DNA of 64,000 bases from Octopus vulgaris (GCA_951406725.2 OX597833.1:69626001-69690000); one strand, 5' to 3'; shown: positions 13,807 to 28,030, numbered from the stretch's first letter. The notes: generated from the letters alone by a model not told the origin. Translations and numbers: made by a program.

Positions 13807-14827
13807 CTGCCAAGTCTAAAATGCTCTGTTTGTACTTTAGTCATGTCACAAAAATTTCTTATTCGAAAGATTTATGAAATCAAATTGTGTTAAACTTGTA
13901 TTCTTCCTCTGCTTTTATTAACTTCTTTGCCAATATTGAGTTAAAGACGCGAAAAGGAAACCATCTATGTTTACAATCTTCTCTATATATGAATGTATTT
14001 AGAAGTTAACTGAGTGGTTTATAACCTCCAGAGTATACACATTCTCTTAGAAATAACTGTTTCAGCGTCGTGGAAGTGTCGAAGGAAGAAAAGTGTAAGA
14101 AACGTTTTATTAGCAACTTGAAGTAGGACACATAACTAACATGTTAATATTGACATTTCTAAAAGTAGAAAATATTGTAAACCAAATACCGAAGAGAAAA
14201 AAATACAGTATGTGCTTAAGTATTTTGCTACAAAGTAATCAGGGTTTTATTATTACGATAAATTTTTCTGTGTGAAAATGCAATATTTATTAAACTAAAA
14301 TCTAATATAAATGTAATGCTGTTTGCTGGTTATATGGAAGCGTTATGAATCGATATTTTGGATTCTATTTCGAGTTTAGAGAAAGAATAATGGTCGAGAT
14401 GATAATCATTTTTATCATATGAACTCTCGGAATCTCAGTTTACTGAAATGTCAAACTTCGTTATCAGATTCTGGATTCGGTTACATTAATAAAATTCCAT
14501 ATGAATATTTTATTTTCGATTCTTTATCGAATATTCTTGTGAACTGAAATATGTTTTCTGTCTTGGAGACAAGATTTAGTCTTTTTTAATATGAGAACAA
14601 ATCATCATCATCTCGTAACGTTGTTAAAAAGAAATGCAGCAACAACTATGTGTATATGACAAAACAAATATCTTTCAAATATTTCTTTAATTTTTTTTTG
14701 TATTTTGGTTGGTTTTGTGTGTCGTGTTGTTTGCTTTGCAATATCCAAGAACATGAAAACCGGTTGGTGCCAGAATAGGTTGGAACGACATAAAAATATC
14801 AGGCTATATTTAAGGGTAGCGAGCTTA

Positions 14828-15058
14828 AGGCGGCGAGCTGACAGACACGTTAGCGCGCCGGGCGAAATGCTTAGCGGTATTTCGACTTTCGTTACGCTCA
14901 GAGTTCAAATTCCGCCGAGGTCGACTTTGCCTTTCATCCTTTCGGGGCCGATAAATAAAGTACCAGTTTCGCACTGGGGTCGATGTAATCGACTTAATCC
15001 CTTTGTCTGTCTTTGTTTGTTCCCTCTATGTTTAGCCCCTTGCGGGCAATAAAGAAAT
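14828..15058 (+). mobile_element. SINE family B, full-length
   Basis: Matches 11461-11692. Flanked by near-identical tatatttaag(g/t)gtagc (probable TSD). Confidence 0.92.
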
Positions 15059-16877
15059 ATATATTTAAGTGTAGCTCTGCGATATGAGTTTTAATTTCGT
15101 TGTCACCAACTTGAAGAATGTTAGATCGGTGAACAACATAACTTCTGGCATTCTATTTTCAATGATTCTGGCGTCAATTCTGAATGGGCAGATTTGGAAC
15201 AATAATATCGAGCGACAGACGATTCGTTGCCAATTAGGAAGTTTCTTAAGTGTCTGTCCTGCAAATATGTTGGATGGTCACCTGTCGACCTTCTGCGATA
15301 TAACGAGCCTCGCGGACAGTAGAACGTCGCGGATATATAACGTTCCTGGGGTAACAACGTCATAAAGCGTCTCCATAGAAGGTGTTGTTGTTGCTTCCCT
15401 TTAGAACTGTGGTGCCGGGTGTAAAAGGATAATTCTGGCGGCGTAGACTGCAGATGGTTTCAGAGATAGATATGGGTGGAATATAAAGCTGGAGGAGTAG
15501 GGTCTTCGAACGAAGTGGTTATTGGAGTCACAGATGCGAACAAAGGATGGAAGAAGGTTTTAGGAATGGGAAGAAACAGGAGGTAACTGGTAAGTGATTT
15601 GCTGGCGTTTCAAAGCAGAAGATGCGAGAGAAAGTTAGAAGAATCACGTCAATGGTGCAGTGAAGTGTAGGTGTGGAGTGGTCAACGTCACCGGCACTGG
15701 AAAACGCAGCTTGTTTAATGATGAAGTAACTAATTACTGCATAGAGATCAGATTTGCTTGACGTTGCCTCTCGAAAGTACGATACGATGGAAGAGTTGCA
15801 TTTAGGAAATAGATTGTTTTTTTTCTCCGTAGGAAAACACAAGATACGAATGGAAAACAGTGAGTGTAAAGAAACCGAAAGTGAATAACTATAAGAAGGA
15901 GAGAAGGCTTTTCCACAAAGGTGTCGTGCAACTTTTTCTCCATTCATAAGGCATTAATCATCCCACATCGTAGACAGTTGCCACGCATTGAAATCATTCA
16001 AAATGGTGACTACGTGTCTACGAAACAGATTTCGTAAACAAACGATTTTTGCTTGAACTACAGAGACATCTCGTGTTGTATTTCATTACGTTTCTTAAAA
16101 TGGCAAACATTCTTTTGATATATTAACTTAATTTTGAAGTGGATCATATAAAAATCCAGGGTTAGTTCCAAGCATAAATATACAGAGACGTGGGTTCATT
16201 ACGTAGTAGTAGCACAAACAGTGGTAGTATTAAGATAGCACAAAATGAATAGAAACCGAAAGCAACGAAAACATGGGAAAATGGAAGAAAAAACATCTAA
16301 ATGCTTCTTCAAATAAAATTAATATTCGCCATAATGAACGCGTTTGGAAATATACGTAAGCTAAAATGATTTAACTAAATTATATTGATAAGAAAAAAAA
16401 ATCGAGCGCTTCAAGAATACGGGAACATAAACAAATATGAAATGATTTAATAATAGCATAATATCTATTAAATTCAAAAGTAAAACCATATAAATAAATG
16501 TATAAGATGTTGTTTTGAGAATAGTAGAAAGCTCCGAGTTGGTAAACACTCAACTGATATTATTTTCGTTTCATTGTTGATTTTTGTTTGTTGTGTTTTC
16601 AGTTTTCTTATGAGGGATTTAGATAACAGTAGTTAAGATTTCAAAATGAATTACACGTTTGCTGCTTTGCAAAAAGAGATATATATATATATAATGCAAT
16701 GGAGCGCGATAAGAATGTTTTATTTATGCGTTAGAAATGCATTAAAACATATTTTTACTCTTGATAACGAGCATTACATTAGAGGAATGAGTAGCGATTC
16801 CTGCGATAAAAAGAAGGCAGAGAAAAGTAACTAAAGAAACATTGTTATCCGTTAGAAGATAAGCAGCAAAAAAAATT

Positions 16878-16973
<96 letters not shown>

Positions 16974-17007
16974 CCCCAAAATGACGATACAAATATATAT
17001 ATACATG

Positions 17008-17052
<45 letters not shown>

Positions 17053-17516
17053 TTAGATGTATATGTACACGCATGTGCGTATACATATTTTGTATAGATC
17101 GCATATGTCTCGTAATATATAGGAGTTTCAATATAAGAACAAATATATACATATATTTGTGAAGTTTGTTTATGTCCTTCACCGAAGATTTTAATACAGA
17201 ATATAAAATGTGAATTTTATATAGAAGTAAATGTCAAAAGACGAAAAAAAAATTTCCATCTAGAATAATGTATTATTTTAGATTTCAAGCCCTGAATTTC
17301 ATCGTTTCTTTATTAATATTTGCAAAGCAAATGGGATTATTCCTGTATTCCTTGGATGTTTTATGTTGTCTGCTAAATGAATATCTTGACGCTGAAAACA
17401 ACACGGGAAGGACGCATAAACACGACCTTGGCATTCGTGTATTTTTTAAAATTCGCTTTAAATCATTAATTTCTGAGAATATTGAGAAAGGCCAAATGTA
17501 TTGATGTGTGGTGGGA

Positions 17517-17892
17517 TGGAAGCACTCCGTCGGTTATGACGATGAGGGTTCCGAATCAACGGAACAGCCTGCTCGTTAAATTAACGTGTAAGTGGCTGAG
17601 CACTCCACAGACGCGTGTACCCTTAACGTAGTTCTCGGGGATATTCAGCGTGACACAGAGAGTGACAAGGCCGGCCCCTTGAAATACAGGTACAACAGAA
17701 ACCAGGAAGTAAGAGTGAGAGAAAGTTGTGGTGAAAGAGTACAGCAGGGATCGCCACCATCCCCTGCCGGAGCCTCGTGGAGCTTTTACGTGTTTTCGCT
17801 CAATAGACATTCACAACGCCCGGTCTGGGAATCGAAATCGCGATCCTATGACCGCGAGTCCGCTGCCCTAATCACTGGGCCATTGCGCCTCC
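17517..17892 (-). mobile_element. SINE family C, full-length
   Basis: Reverse complement of the 46568 and 54515 copies. tRNA-like head ggaggcgcaatggcccagtg...gtttcgattccc; 3' end gacggagtgcttcca. Confidence 0.92.
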
Positions 17893-18265
17893 ACTGTTGA
17901 GTGGTATCGTGTATCGTATGATTTTATGTCTGTGCCGGAACGTAAATATTTTAATTTTGTTATTGTGTTTTTTTTTCTTTCTCCCTTAGGTTAGCGCTCA
18001 TTGAGTAAATCTCCGTTCATTGGATGATTGATGTAAACATGAAATGTTCTTGTCCGGCCAGGAAATTTTCGATTTCCTACATGCGAACGATAAGTTTGTT
18101 TATTATTTAATTGTCTTATATACCCGTAGTTATACACGCATAGGGAACATTCATTTTACACATGCATACAAAAGCGCACCAACATTCACATACACGAACA
18201 CAAACATAAACATTATAAAAAAAACGTTTGATATAAACATATATATGTGTGGTTGTATGTGTGTG

Positions 18266-18315
<50 letters not shown>

Positions 18316-18411
18316 CATAAGTATACATACTCACATGTGTATGTATAAATACATTTATATATATGCATATATATACATATATATATATATATATAGATAC
18401 ATATATATATG

Positions 18412-18443
<32 letters not shown>

Positions 18444-18546
18444 AATGGCGGTACCTCAGCATGGCCACAGCTCGTGAGCTGAAACTAGATAAAAAATATA
18501 TATGTATATATATTTCAATATGTGACTGCGTGTGTTTCGTTGTATC

Positions 18547-18779
18547 CTTTGCTGAACCGCTATGTTATGGGGACTTAAACACACCAGCATCGGTTGCCAG
18601 GGGATGGTGGGAGACACACACAGACACATACCAAATATACTCTACCAAATCCATTCACAAGGTTCTGGTCGACCCGATGGTATAGGAAAAGACTCCTGTC
18701 CAAGGTGCCAAACAGTGGGACTGAACACGGAACTAATGTGGTCGGTAAGCAAACAAATTACCAAACAGCCACTCCTACG

Positions 18780-18782
<3 letters not shown>
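18547..18782 (-). mobile_element. SINE family A, internally deleted copy
   Basis: gaaccgctatgttatgggg...taccaaatccattcacaagg...gtgggactgaacacgg...cagccactcctacgcct. Confidence 0.8.
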
Positions 18783-18856
<74 letters not shown>

Positions 18857-19200
18857 CGCACACACATATACGTGATAATACTAGATTGTGATTTTTGAAA
18901 TCTCATAAATATCAGTAAATGTTAAGTTAGTGCCTTTTCTACCAAGTAACGTATTTTGGTGGATTTCAACCGTCACTGCACCAAGGAGTCATTCTTGTTT
19001 TAATAGCCAGCTTTCTTCCAGGTCCATTTCGTGATTATGATAGACAGATGTTGATGTGGATTCATGGATGGCAATCTATAATGATTTTCTCTGCCCTTAG
19101 TTTTACCTGTATTTTGACAAGGCCAAACGTTTTAATATTTTGGCCCTCTGAGGTACTCGACACAGAAAACTCTAGGGAACCACTTTGCACATACTTACAA

Positions 19201-19431
19201 GGCGGCGAGCTGGCAGAATCGTCAGCACGCCGGGCAAAAAGCTTAGTGGTATTTCGTCTGCCGTTACGTTCTGAGTTCAAATTCCGCCGAGGTCTACTTT
19301 GCCTTTCATTCTTTCGGGGTCGATAAATTAAGTACCAGTTACGCACTGGGGTCGATGTAATCGACTTAATCCATTTATCTGTCCTTGTTTGTCCTCTCTG
19401 TGTTTAGCCCCTTGTGGGTAGTAAAGAAATA
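19201..19431 (+). mobile_element. SINE family B, full-length with 14-bp TSD
   Basis: TSD actttgcacatact at 19182-19195 and 19432-19445. Confidence 0.92.
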
Positions 19432-20195
19432 ACTTTGCACATACTAGTGTTAACTTTTTCTCAATCAAATGCATTCAAGATGTGACTGAAAATGCTACTT
19501 TGCTAATCTCTGTATTGCCTTGGTTTTGATATTCACTCAATTTCTAGTTGTATCTACCAACTGCATAAATATAACTAAATGACTTTCGTGAACTATTTTG
19601 GGTGCGCATGTCTCCCAAATATAATGCCTATTGTTCGGCTTCATAGCGGTAGAAGACAAACTCTGTTCTGAGATGAGCAATAGTAGTTGAACTTATTGCA
19701 ATGTGCTCATAAGCATTCTCCTGCTCCTTGTCCTCATGCCATGAGATCTTTGAAAACCGCATCTGAAGACCGAATTGAGTACCATCAAGGCGAATTTGAA
19801 GCTACAATTCTATAATATGGTTCCGTTCCATAGAGGATTATACTCATTAGTCATGTCCAAAACATGTTCTTGGAATAATTCGCGGTCAGATATCTCGAAT
19901 AGTTATTTTTCTGGAGATGATATTGAAATGCTACACAGAAGTGGTGTAATGTCGCCCTCAAAACTGTTCCCTTATAAGTTGTTGATCTTCTGAATCAAAG
20001 ATAAGAGGCTGGTGCGAAGCAGAGGACAAACCGATCGGTGTTTACGCGAGAGAACAGAGTTGCATCACTGATGATGCTACGTTTCTCTGACACCAACATC
20101 CAAAAAAACAGAGAATCGTAATTATTGGACGAAAGGTTGTTCAGGGGTTATTTAGTTTCAGAGACCAATGTCCAGGGTGAGAATTGTGACACTTT

Positions 20196-20555
20196 TCATC
20201 ATCATCATCATCATCATTGTTCGACTGTGGTTGAGACAATGGAATTCACGGTCCATCATGGCATTATGGAGGTCCTGTTGCTGGATGCCTGTATCCCTGG
20301 AGATTACATCAGGGTAGGAGAGTGTGCGCCCTCTGGTATTGCGAGTAGATGGCTTCCAGAGGAGAAGAGTAGAAATTACTTCTTTTTCAGCTCTACAACA
20401 ATGTCCAGCAAACTGGACTCTCCTACCTTTCACAAGAGATGACACAGGTGGTAGTTTCCCATATATTTGCATTTTGGTTGGATGGCGCTTCCACGACAGA
20501 TTTTGAGCTCTCATAAGGAGGCGAGTGTAGGTTACATCCAACCGCCTTTTCATCA
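20196..20555 (-). mobile_element. RTE-clade LINE, 5'-truncated 3' end with (TGA)n tail
   Basis: ORF 20158..20571 contains RLDVTYTRLLMRAQNLSWKRH...RRVQFAGHCCRA...LLLWKP...RGRTLSYPD...AMMDRE, the typical RTE ORF C-terminus. It is followed by a (TGA)n tail. Confidence 0.88.
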
Positions 20556-21169
20556 CTCTAAACTCTATCAATAAATGCCAATAACAACCTGTTTATTTTC
20601 CTTTTTCTCAATCGAATATAATATACTCCACACTTCTCTGTAGGAACAAGCTCTATTTTTTTCCTTCTCTTTATTTTTCAGTTGATAAATGGAATCTATT
20701 ACCGAACATTCTAATATCTATTACCGGCTTCTCGACTTGTAGTAATAAATGACGTATATCCTGAAAGATTACAAATCGCTTGCAGCGTATTTGATGTAAG
20801 TATGAGTAAGTTAGTAATTGGCAAATATATTATCCATGCAAACACGTCCAAATCTCCAGATAATACAAATTTAAGATTTAAAGCTGTAATTTACTATGTG
20901 AGTCTGTATGTGGGTGGATGTATGTGTGTGTAAGAAAATCGGATAATGGCTGATGTTTTATGTCACTTCCGGATGTGAATTTGTGAACAAAGACTGCAAC
21001 TGTGCAAGTGTGGTTGAATATATAGATGTGTGCATGCAGGTATGTATAAGCGAATGCGCATGTATGTATAGATAGATAATTAGATAATCAGATGAAAGCT
21101 TAATACATAACTATGTAAGTAGTTAAATAGATAGGCAAGGTAAGTTGATAGGTAGAGTGATAAATCTCA

Positions 21170-21283
<114 letters not shown>

Positions 21284-22069
21284 TTTTATATTTCGGAATG
21301 GTTATATATGTATGTATATGTATATTTATAAATACGTGTATATAAACATAGATAGACATATTTAATACACAAGTATAAATACTTAATTTTATATTCAAAT
21401 ATATCTACATCTATACGCATCTAATTGTATATTTTCTTGAGTGTGTGTATGTGTGAGTGTGAGTTTGTTTGTGCGGGCAGATGTGTACCTTTGCATCTGT
21501 TTTTATATACCACACACAAGTTATCACAGTATTATAAATTTAGAACATAGAAAAGCCTCCAGCAAAGATTAGATATTTAACCAATGTGCATTTCTTAACT
21601 AATAAAAGAGGTGTTTGCGCGAGTTACAGGTTAACGTATATTTTTTTTTAATTTCTTTTTATGTGTTTATATATTATATTATCGTAAATCGATAGTACTT
21701 GTTATTTACCTGTTAGTAACGATACACCTAAATATTTGACAATGTGTCCCAGGTGTGATGCAAATTTAAATCGAAGATCTATGCAATTTTAATACAAAGT
21801 ATAGAGGCCACTAATTAAGGCAAATATCCGCGATGCTGAGAGATTTGGCCTTGTCTTTCGAATATATTTAGTAATGTCTCAGATATATTTACAGACGAAG
21901 CCACATTTCTACATTCGGTTTCGTTGGTATCGGCGAGTTTTAGGTATCAGACACGTCAAAAATCAATAGACGGAATTAGCCACGATAAATATATATCGCA
22001 GAAAGATCGAAGATTCATTTGTATGTGAGCGAAATATTGAATAGTCGCCAGTGTAAGGGATATGTGTAC

Positions 22070-22580
22070 GTGTATGTATGTATGTATGTATGTATGTATG
22101 TATGTATGTATATATATATATATATATACGTGTACGTATGAATGTATGTATATATGTGCGTACGTATGTATGTATGTATGTATGTATGTGTACGTATGTA
22201 TGTATGTGTGTGTATGTATGTATGAGTGTATGTATGTATGTATGTATGTATGAATGTATGTATGTATGTATGTATGTATGAGTGTATGTATGTATGTGTG
22301 TATGTATGTATGTATGTATGTGTGTGTGTGTATGTATGTATATATGTATGTATGTATGTATGAGTGTATGTACGTGTATGTATGTATGTATGTACGTGTA
22401 TGTATATATGTATGTATGTATGTATATATGTATGTATGTGTGTATGTATGTATGTATGTATGTATGTATGTATGTATATATGAATGTATGTATGTATGTA
22501 TGTATGTATGAGTGTATATATGTATGTATGTATGTATGAATGTATGTATTTATGTATGTATGTATGTATATATGTATGTA
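22070..22580. repeat. Long imperfect (TATG)n microsatellite
   Basis: Direct reading. Confidence 0.95.
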
Positions 22581-22771
22581 TGAGTGTGAGTGTGTGAGGG
22601 TGAGAGAGATTACATGTACCTGTGTTTTGTATGGATGCATCCATACAACCACACATAAAGGCACAGAAAGATAGACACACACGCATATATATATATATGT
22701 ATGTATGTATATATGTACCTGTGTGCGTACGTGTGTGTGTATGTATACATGCATGTATGCATGTATTATGT

Positions 22772-23097
22772 TTTAAAGACTCCGCCGGTTACGACGACGA
22801 GGGTCCCAGCTGATACGATCAACGGAACAGCTTGCTCGTGAAATTAACGTGCAAATGGCTGAGCATTCCACAGACACGTGTACCCTTAACGTAGTTCTCG
22901 GGGATAATCAGCGTGACACAGAGAGTGACAAGGCTGACCATTTGAAATACAAGTACAACTCATTTTTGCCAGCTGAGTGGACTGGAGCAACGTGAAATAA
23001 AGTGTCTTGCTCAAGGACACAACACGTCGCCGGGAATCGAACTCACAACCTTACGATCATGAGCCGAATGCCCTAACCACTAAGCCACGCGCCCTCA
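22772..23097 (-). mobile_element. SINE family D (tRNA head + CORE-like domain + family C-type 3' half)
   Basis: Minus strand reads gggcgcgtggcttagtggttagg...gagttcgattccc...gtgtccttgagcaagacactttatttcacgttgctccagtccactcagctg (CORE-like), then the C-type tail. Flanked by catgtattat on both sides (probable TSD). Confidence 0.9.
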
Positions 23098-23440
23098 CAT
23101 GTATTATTTGTGTATGTATGTATACATCTGACCCTGCTATGTAGGACTATTTAACTGAAACCGTGTGCCGGGACCGATGTTGTTATATTTTCTGAATGTC
23201 ATACAGCCTGCATTATACACCCACTTCCGTTTCGAGTTTCTGTTGTCAAAAATTTCTCGACTCATTTTTTTTTTTTATTCAGTGACTTTTTTTTTAACGA
23301 TTTTAAATTCTACAAAAGAGTCTCATATATTTCATGAAGTCATATATTTGCACGACATACACACTGTGATAGAAATAGAAGAATAAATACCGTTACCCAG
23401 GCGACATGGTATCAAACTATGGAAAGCATTTACAGCATAC

Positions 23441-23856
23441 TCTCTTTACTCTTTACTCTTTACTCTTTTACTTGTTTCAGTCATTTGACTGCAGCCATGC
23501 TGGAGCACCGCCTTTAGTCGAGAAAATCGACCCCGGGACTTATTCTTTTTGTAAGCCCAGTACTTATTCTATCGGTCTCTTTTGCCGAACCGCTAAGTGA
23601 CGGGGACGTGAAAACACCAGCATCGGTTGTCAATCAATGCTAGGGGGACAAACACATACACATATACATATATATATATATATATACATATATACGACAG
23701 GCTTCTTTCAGTTTCCGTCTACCAAATCCACTCACAAGGCATTGGTCGGCCCGGGGCTATAGCAGAAGACACTTGTCGAAGATGCCACGCAGTGGGACTG
23801 AACCCGGAACCATGTGGTTGGTTAGCAAGCTACTTACCATACAGCCATTCCTATGC
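23441..23856 (-). mobile_element. SINE family A, full-length with (GAGTAAA)n-type tail
   Basis: Reverse complement of 11707-12097, with a tail of ctttact/cttttact repeats. Confidence 0.92.
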
Positions 23857-23924
23857 ACAAAAGCCTTATTGTAATCCACGAATACTCGCCCAAACACCTG
23901 CTAAAATTTGTCTAGAAATTATAG

Positions 23925-24120
23925 ATGACATATTACCAGCCAATGTACGCCACTAGGCAAGAAGGAGTATATAAGAGACGCCACGACAATATTGTCAGGC
24001 TTGTACATTGGACACTTTGCAATAAGTATGGACTTGACAGAGCAAAAAATTTGTACGAACACAAACCTGAGGGTATCGTCGAAAATGATAACGCAAAGAT
24101 CCTATGGGATTTTATGATTC
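23925..24120 (+). mobile_element. R4/Dong-like (RLE-type) non-LTR retrotransposon fragment
   Basis: YKRRHDNIVRLVHWTLCNKYGLDRAKNLYEHKPEGIVENDNAKILWDFMI contains the RHD...YEH.P...EN...ILWDF motif that lies between the CCHC knuckle and the PD-(D/E)xK endonuclease of R4/Dong elements. Confidence 0.85.
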
Positions 24121-24944
24121 TAGAAAATATAGATAGCAATTAACATCTGTTCTCTCATTTTAAGGACGTTATTGCTATCACCTATTGCAAGATTCCTGAT
24201 ATGAAATCGTTTCTTGAAATCGATATCGACATGGGGATGGTCATTTTTTTTTTCTTTCGCCAAATAACCACACACACACACTATATACACACTATATACC
24301 CGTTGTTCTCTTCAGCTTTATTAGAATGAACTAAGCAGAACAAGAGGACACACGTGCGAGGGAGAGTCACTGACGAGGTCACAGGGTGTGTGACAAAAGA
24401 TTTGAGACAAAGGACAGTAAAATAAAAATGATAACATGGCTGATGTGAAGAACGAGTATATAGTGTTTGTGGTTATTTGGGCAAAAAGAAATTGGCCATC
24501 CCGATGTATAAAAGAACCATATTCACCCAAAATTCCAGAGCAGCGCTTTGATAGTTAATGTAGAAATAGTCACCTTGACATCAGATTCATCAGCGTGATA
24601 GCGTATACTTGTTTCTTATGAAGCAAATTTAGAATGTATTATTATTTTCCCACATTATAGAATTTATTGGATGAGGTCAAAGAGTAGAACGAACGAAATA
24701 ATTGTGAGTATTACCATCAGCTTCGCTAAAAGTTCGAACTCATGTATGGAACCAACATGTGTAAAAGACCGGGCACGAAACGAAACAAGAAAGACAAGGA
24801 AATCGCTTGGTATAACATCCATAAATTCTAAGGTCTGACGTTTGTCAATAGTTTGAAGAACGGCATTAAATAAAGTACTACATAAAATATTTAAAAATCA
24901 AAGTAGAAGGACACCAGGGATGTCTATGAGGTCACTATACTGTG

Positions 24945-25177
24945 GAGGCGTGCTGGCAGAAACGTTAGCGCGCCGGGCGAAATGCGTAACCGTATTTCGT
25001 CTGTCGTTACGTTCTGAGTTCAAATTCCGCCGAGGTCGACTTTGCTTTTCATCCTCTCGGGGTCAATAAATAAAGTACCAGTTTCGCACTAGGGGGATGT
25101 AATCGACTCAATCCCTTTGTCTGTCCTTGTTTGTTTGTCCCCTCTATGTTTAGCCCCTTGTGGGTAGTAAAGAAATA
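24945..25177 (+). mobile_element. SINE family B, full-length
   Basis: Matches family B. TSD tatactgtg on both sides. Confidence 0.9.
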
Positions 25178-25633
25178 TATACTGTGCACCATATCCATCT
25201 TTTACGAAAGCTTCCTCTTTCTTGTAAGACGTAAAATTTCTGCGGAACCAAGAGGCACCTATGCAACATTGGATTTATTAAGAAAGCGTGAAGTTCTTTG
25301 AGCTGGTCTCTAGGTTTCTTAAAGAATCTGAACGTGGAATATTATTATAGTAGGTATGGTTTGTGCGGAGCCGTTCCAATTCTTTCATTCTTGAAACTTT
25401 TTATGAAGAAGTGCCAAGGGAATAATGCTTATCAGGAGGCTGGATTTGGATGAAGAGCAGCAAACGATCTGAAACGATTGGGATGTTTATCTGTGATAGT
25501 CTTCTGGAGCCTATTCCATGAGAGGCTTGTTAACTTATAGCTTGCAGGCGCCAAAACACCAGGTGGGAGTAGAGCTGGGAACAAGAGAGACAGATAGAGA
25601 GAGAGATAGATGGATAGACAGACAGACAGACAT

Positions 25634-25698
<65 letters not shown>

Positions 25699-25828
25699 TA
25701 GAAAGAGAGATAGATAGAGAGAGAGATAGAGAGAGAGAGGTGGATGAATAGATAGATAGCTAGATAGGCAGAGAGATAGAGAGATAGATAGAGAGAGTTA
25801 GGTGGATGGATAGATAGATAGATATATA

Positions 25829-25868
<40 letters not shown>

Positions 25869-26804
25869 TATAGATAGATATATAGATATATAGATGAAGA
25901 GATAGAACCAGCCACCCATACAGAGATACAAACATACATACATAGAGAATATATCTCATACATATGTCATGTTACACCCGCGTTTGTGTGTGTGTGTGCG
26001 CGCGCACGCATGTGCGAGTGTGCCTGTGAACATGTGTGTGAGTGTGCAAAACATACGCCCGTATGGTAATGAGAACCGGGAGGCCATCTGGTGAGCGGGT
26101 GTTTTACTAATGTGTAAAAGATATTAACATTGACAGAAAGTTTTGTTTAGTTCTTTTAGTTATTCTAAAATAGCTGAGCGTTAAAGTAAGCAATACAGTA
26201 ACTCTTTGCCGCAGTGCACGCTCCCTGTTGCCAAGTAGATTCAGTATATTTTCCAAATTGAAATTCTAGGATTCTAATATATTATTGAAGAAAATTTTAA
26301 TTTAATAAAAGCCTTGCCTCCTATCCAGATGCGTAATTTCAGGCTACATTTTTTTTCGTCTTTATTTATATATATATATCATTTTTTTTTCTTCTTTTTA
26401 ATGATTTCTAAAAGCAATTCACAGACGTTCATAGGAACAATGATGTGGGTAATTACTGCAATAGGAAATGAATAATGGAGTTGTCAAGCATGTCGAAATA
26501 TAATGCAGAATGTCTTGAAATAGAATAAATATACTGATTACTCAAAATTAATAAGTTATATCGGTCGAAATTAATGTTGCAAGTATTTCCGGCAACATCT
26601 TCAAAAATATACCACGATTATTCTCGTAATCAATATTTTACAATGGCTCAATGCCAGAGAATTGTAAGGAACGGTTATAGTCGAGTAATCCGACTGCTGT
26701 ATATATTTGGTTATCATATTCTTGGCCCAAGAGAAATGGTAAGCCTGACGAAAGCAAAACCTCCAGAATTTGAATTTAAACACACGGACAATGGAATTTA
26801 ATGA

Positions 26805-26995
26805 AGCGCCGTAATAATCGGCCACGTATATTATATCTTGTATCCCGGCTCTAAATGTTCTGAGTTCGAACTCCACCGGGGTTGACCTTGCCTATTGCGG
26901 TTGATAATATAAGTATAAGTTGAGCACTTGGGTCGATGTAATCAACATACCCCTTTACCTAAAATGACTGATCTTGTCCCAAAATTTGAAGCCAT
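26805..26995 (+). mobile_element. SINE family B, old degenerate copy with long tail and (TAA)n
   Basis: gttctgagttcgaactccaccggggttgaccttgcc...gggtcgatgtaatcaac...cttgtcccaaaatttgaagcc followed by (TAA)n. Confidence 0.7.
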
Positions 26996-27043
26996 TATAA
27001 TAATAATAATAATAATAATTATTATTATTATCATTATTATTAC

Positions 27044-27123
<80 letters not shown>

Positions 27124-27149
27124 TTATTATTATTATTACTATTATTATT

Positions 27150-27699
27150 GAGAGAAGAGTGCATGTCATCAAAGTAACATGGTGTAAACTATACGGAGCA
27201 CAGTATACCCTTCATTACTCCCCGTCTGATAAGGGTACACTAGGCACATGCATCACAACCCATATGTGCGCTACACGATGATCTTATATCAATATAAACA
27301 GTGCATGACTTTGCGGGTGGGGCCCAGTTAGAATGTTTTCTGGTCGAATAGCCCATCCTTCTCAAAAGATCCCTGAATAAAGGTTCTATAAGGATGTTGA
27401 ACGAACCACCCATGTTTCCAGAGGTGAATTATCCAAACCCCAAAGAATCCCTCTCAACACATGGCTATGATGCTCCCCCTCTACTTCTGCTCGTGATCAG
27501 AGATGCACATATCGTCAGCCACTAAGGGACATGCTCAACTGGTTAAGGTCAAACAACTGACAAGCAAATCTGTGGTATTGAGCAGAATATTTGCTGTAGC
27601 CCATCTTTTATACCAAGACATAACAATGTACATGATAACACTTCCAATCATTTAAGATCAGAAGCCACGGGAGCCACTGCCTGGCAATGCATCAGGGCA
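27150..27699 (-). mobile_element. 550-bp non-coding element embedded in (TTA)n on both sides
   Basis: Complex sequence with sharp boundaries against (TTA)n arrays at 27020-27149 and 27700-27720. No ORF, TIR or tRNA head seen. Strand is inferred by assuming an (AAT)n tail. Confidence 0.55.
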
Positions 27700-27747
27700 T
27701 TTATTATTATTATTATTATTGTTGTTGTTGTTGTTGTTGTTGTTGTT

Positions 27748-27843
27748 TCCTCTCCACAGCTTCTAACGCTGGAGATGTATCACAGCGTCAGCTGTTCGCT
27801 ACCAGCGAACTGATGTAACACCTCTTCTTTTTCGAGCACCTTC
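27748..27843 (-). mobile_element. R4/Dong-like LINE extreme 3' end
   Basis: Minus strand aaggtgctcgaaaaa (KVLEK, resembling the ILRKVL end of RLE ORFs). A short UTR follows with the hairpin gttcgct-ggt-agcgaac, then an (AAC)n(AAT)n tail. Confidence 0.55.
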
Positions 27844-28030
27844 ATCTTTATCTTTTATCTTTTATATATTTCACTCGTTAGACTGCGCCCAGGCTGGAGC
27901 ACCGCCTTCGAGAATATTTTTAGTCGAATGAATCGACATCGGTTGAGATGGACAGAGACACAATGACACACACAGACACACACACATAGACACACACATA
28001 TACTCACATACATACATACAAACATATATC

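Noticed and set aside
24362-24408. Hammerhead-like CUGACGA + GUCACA/UGUGAC stem
   Set aside because: The second box reads AAAA rather than GAAA, and stems I and III are unconvincing.
25180-25560. Possible decayed LINE coding remnant (similar impressions at 18900-20100 and 48060-48380)
   Set aside because: Complex sequence, but no motif I can identify with enough confidence to call.
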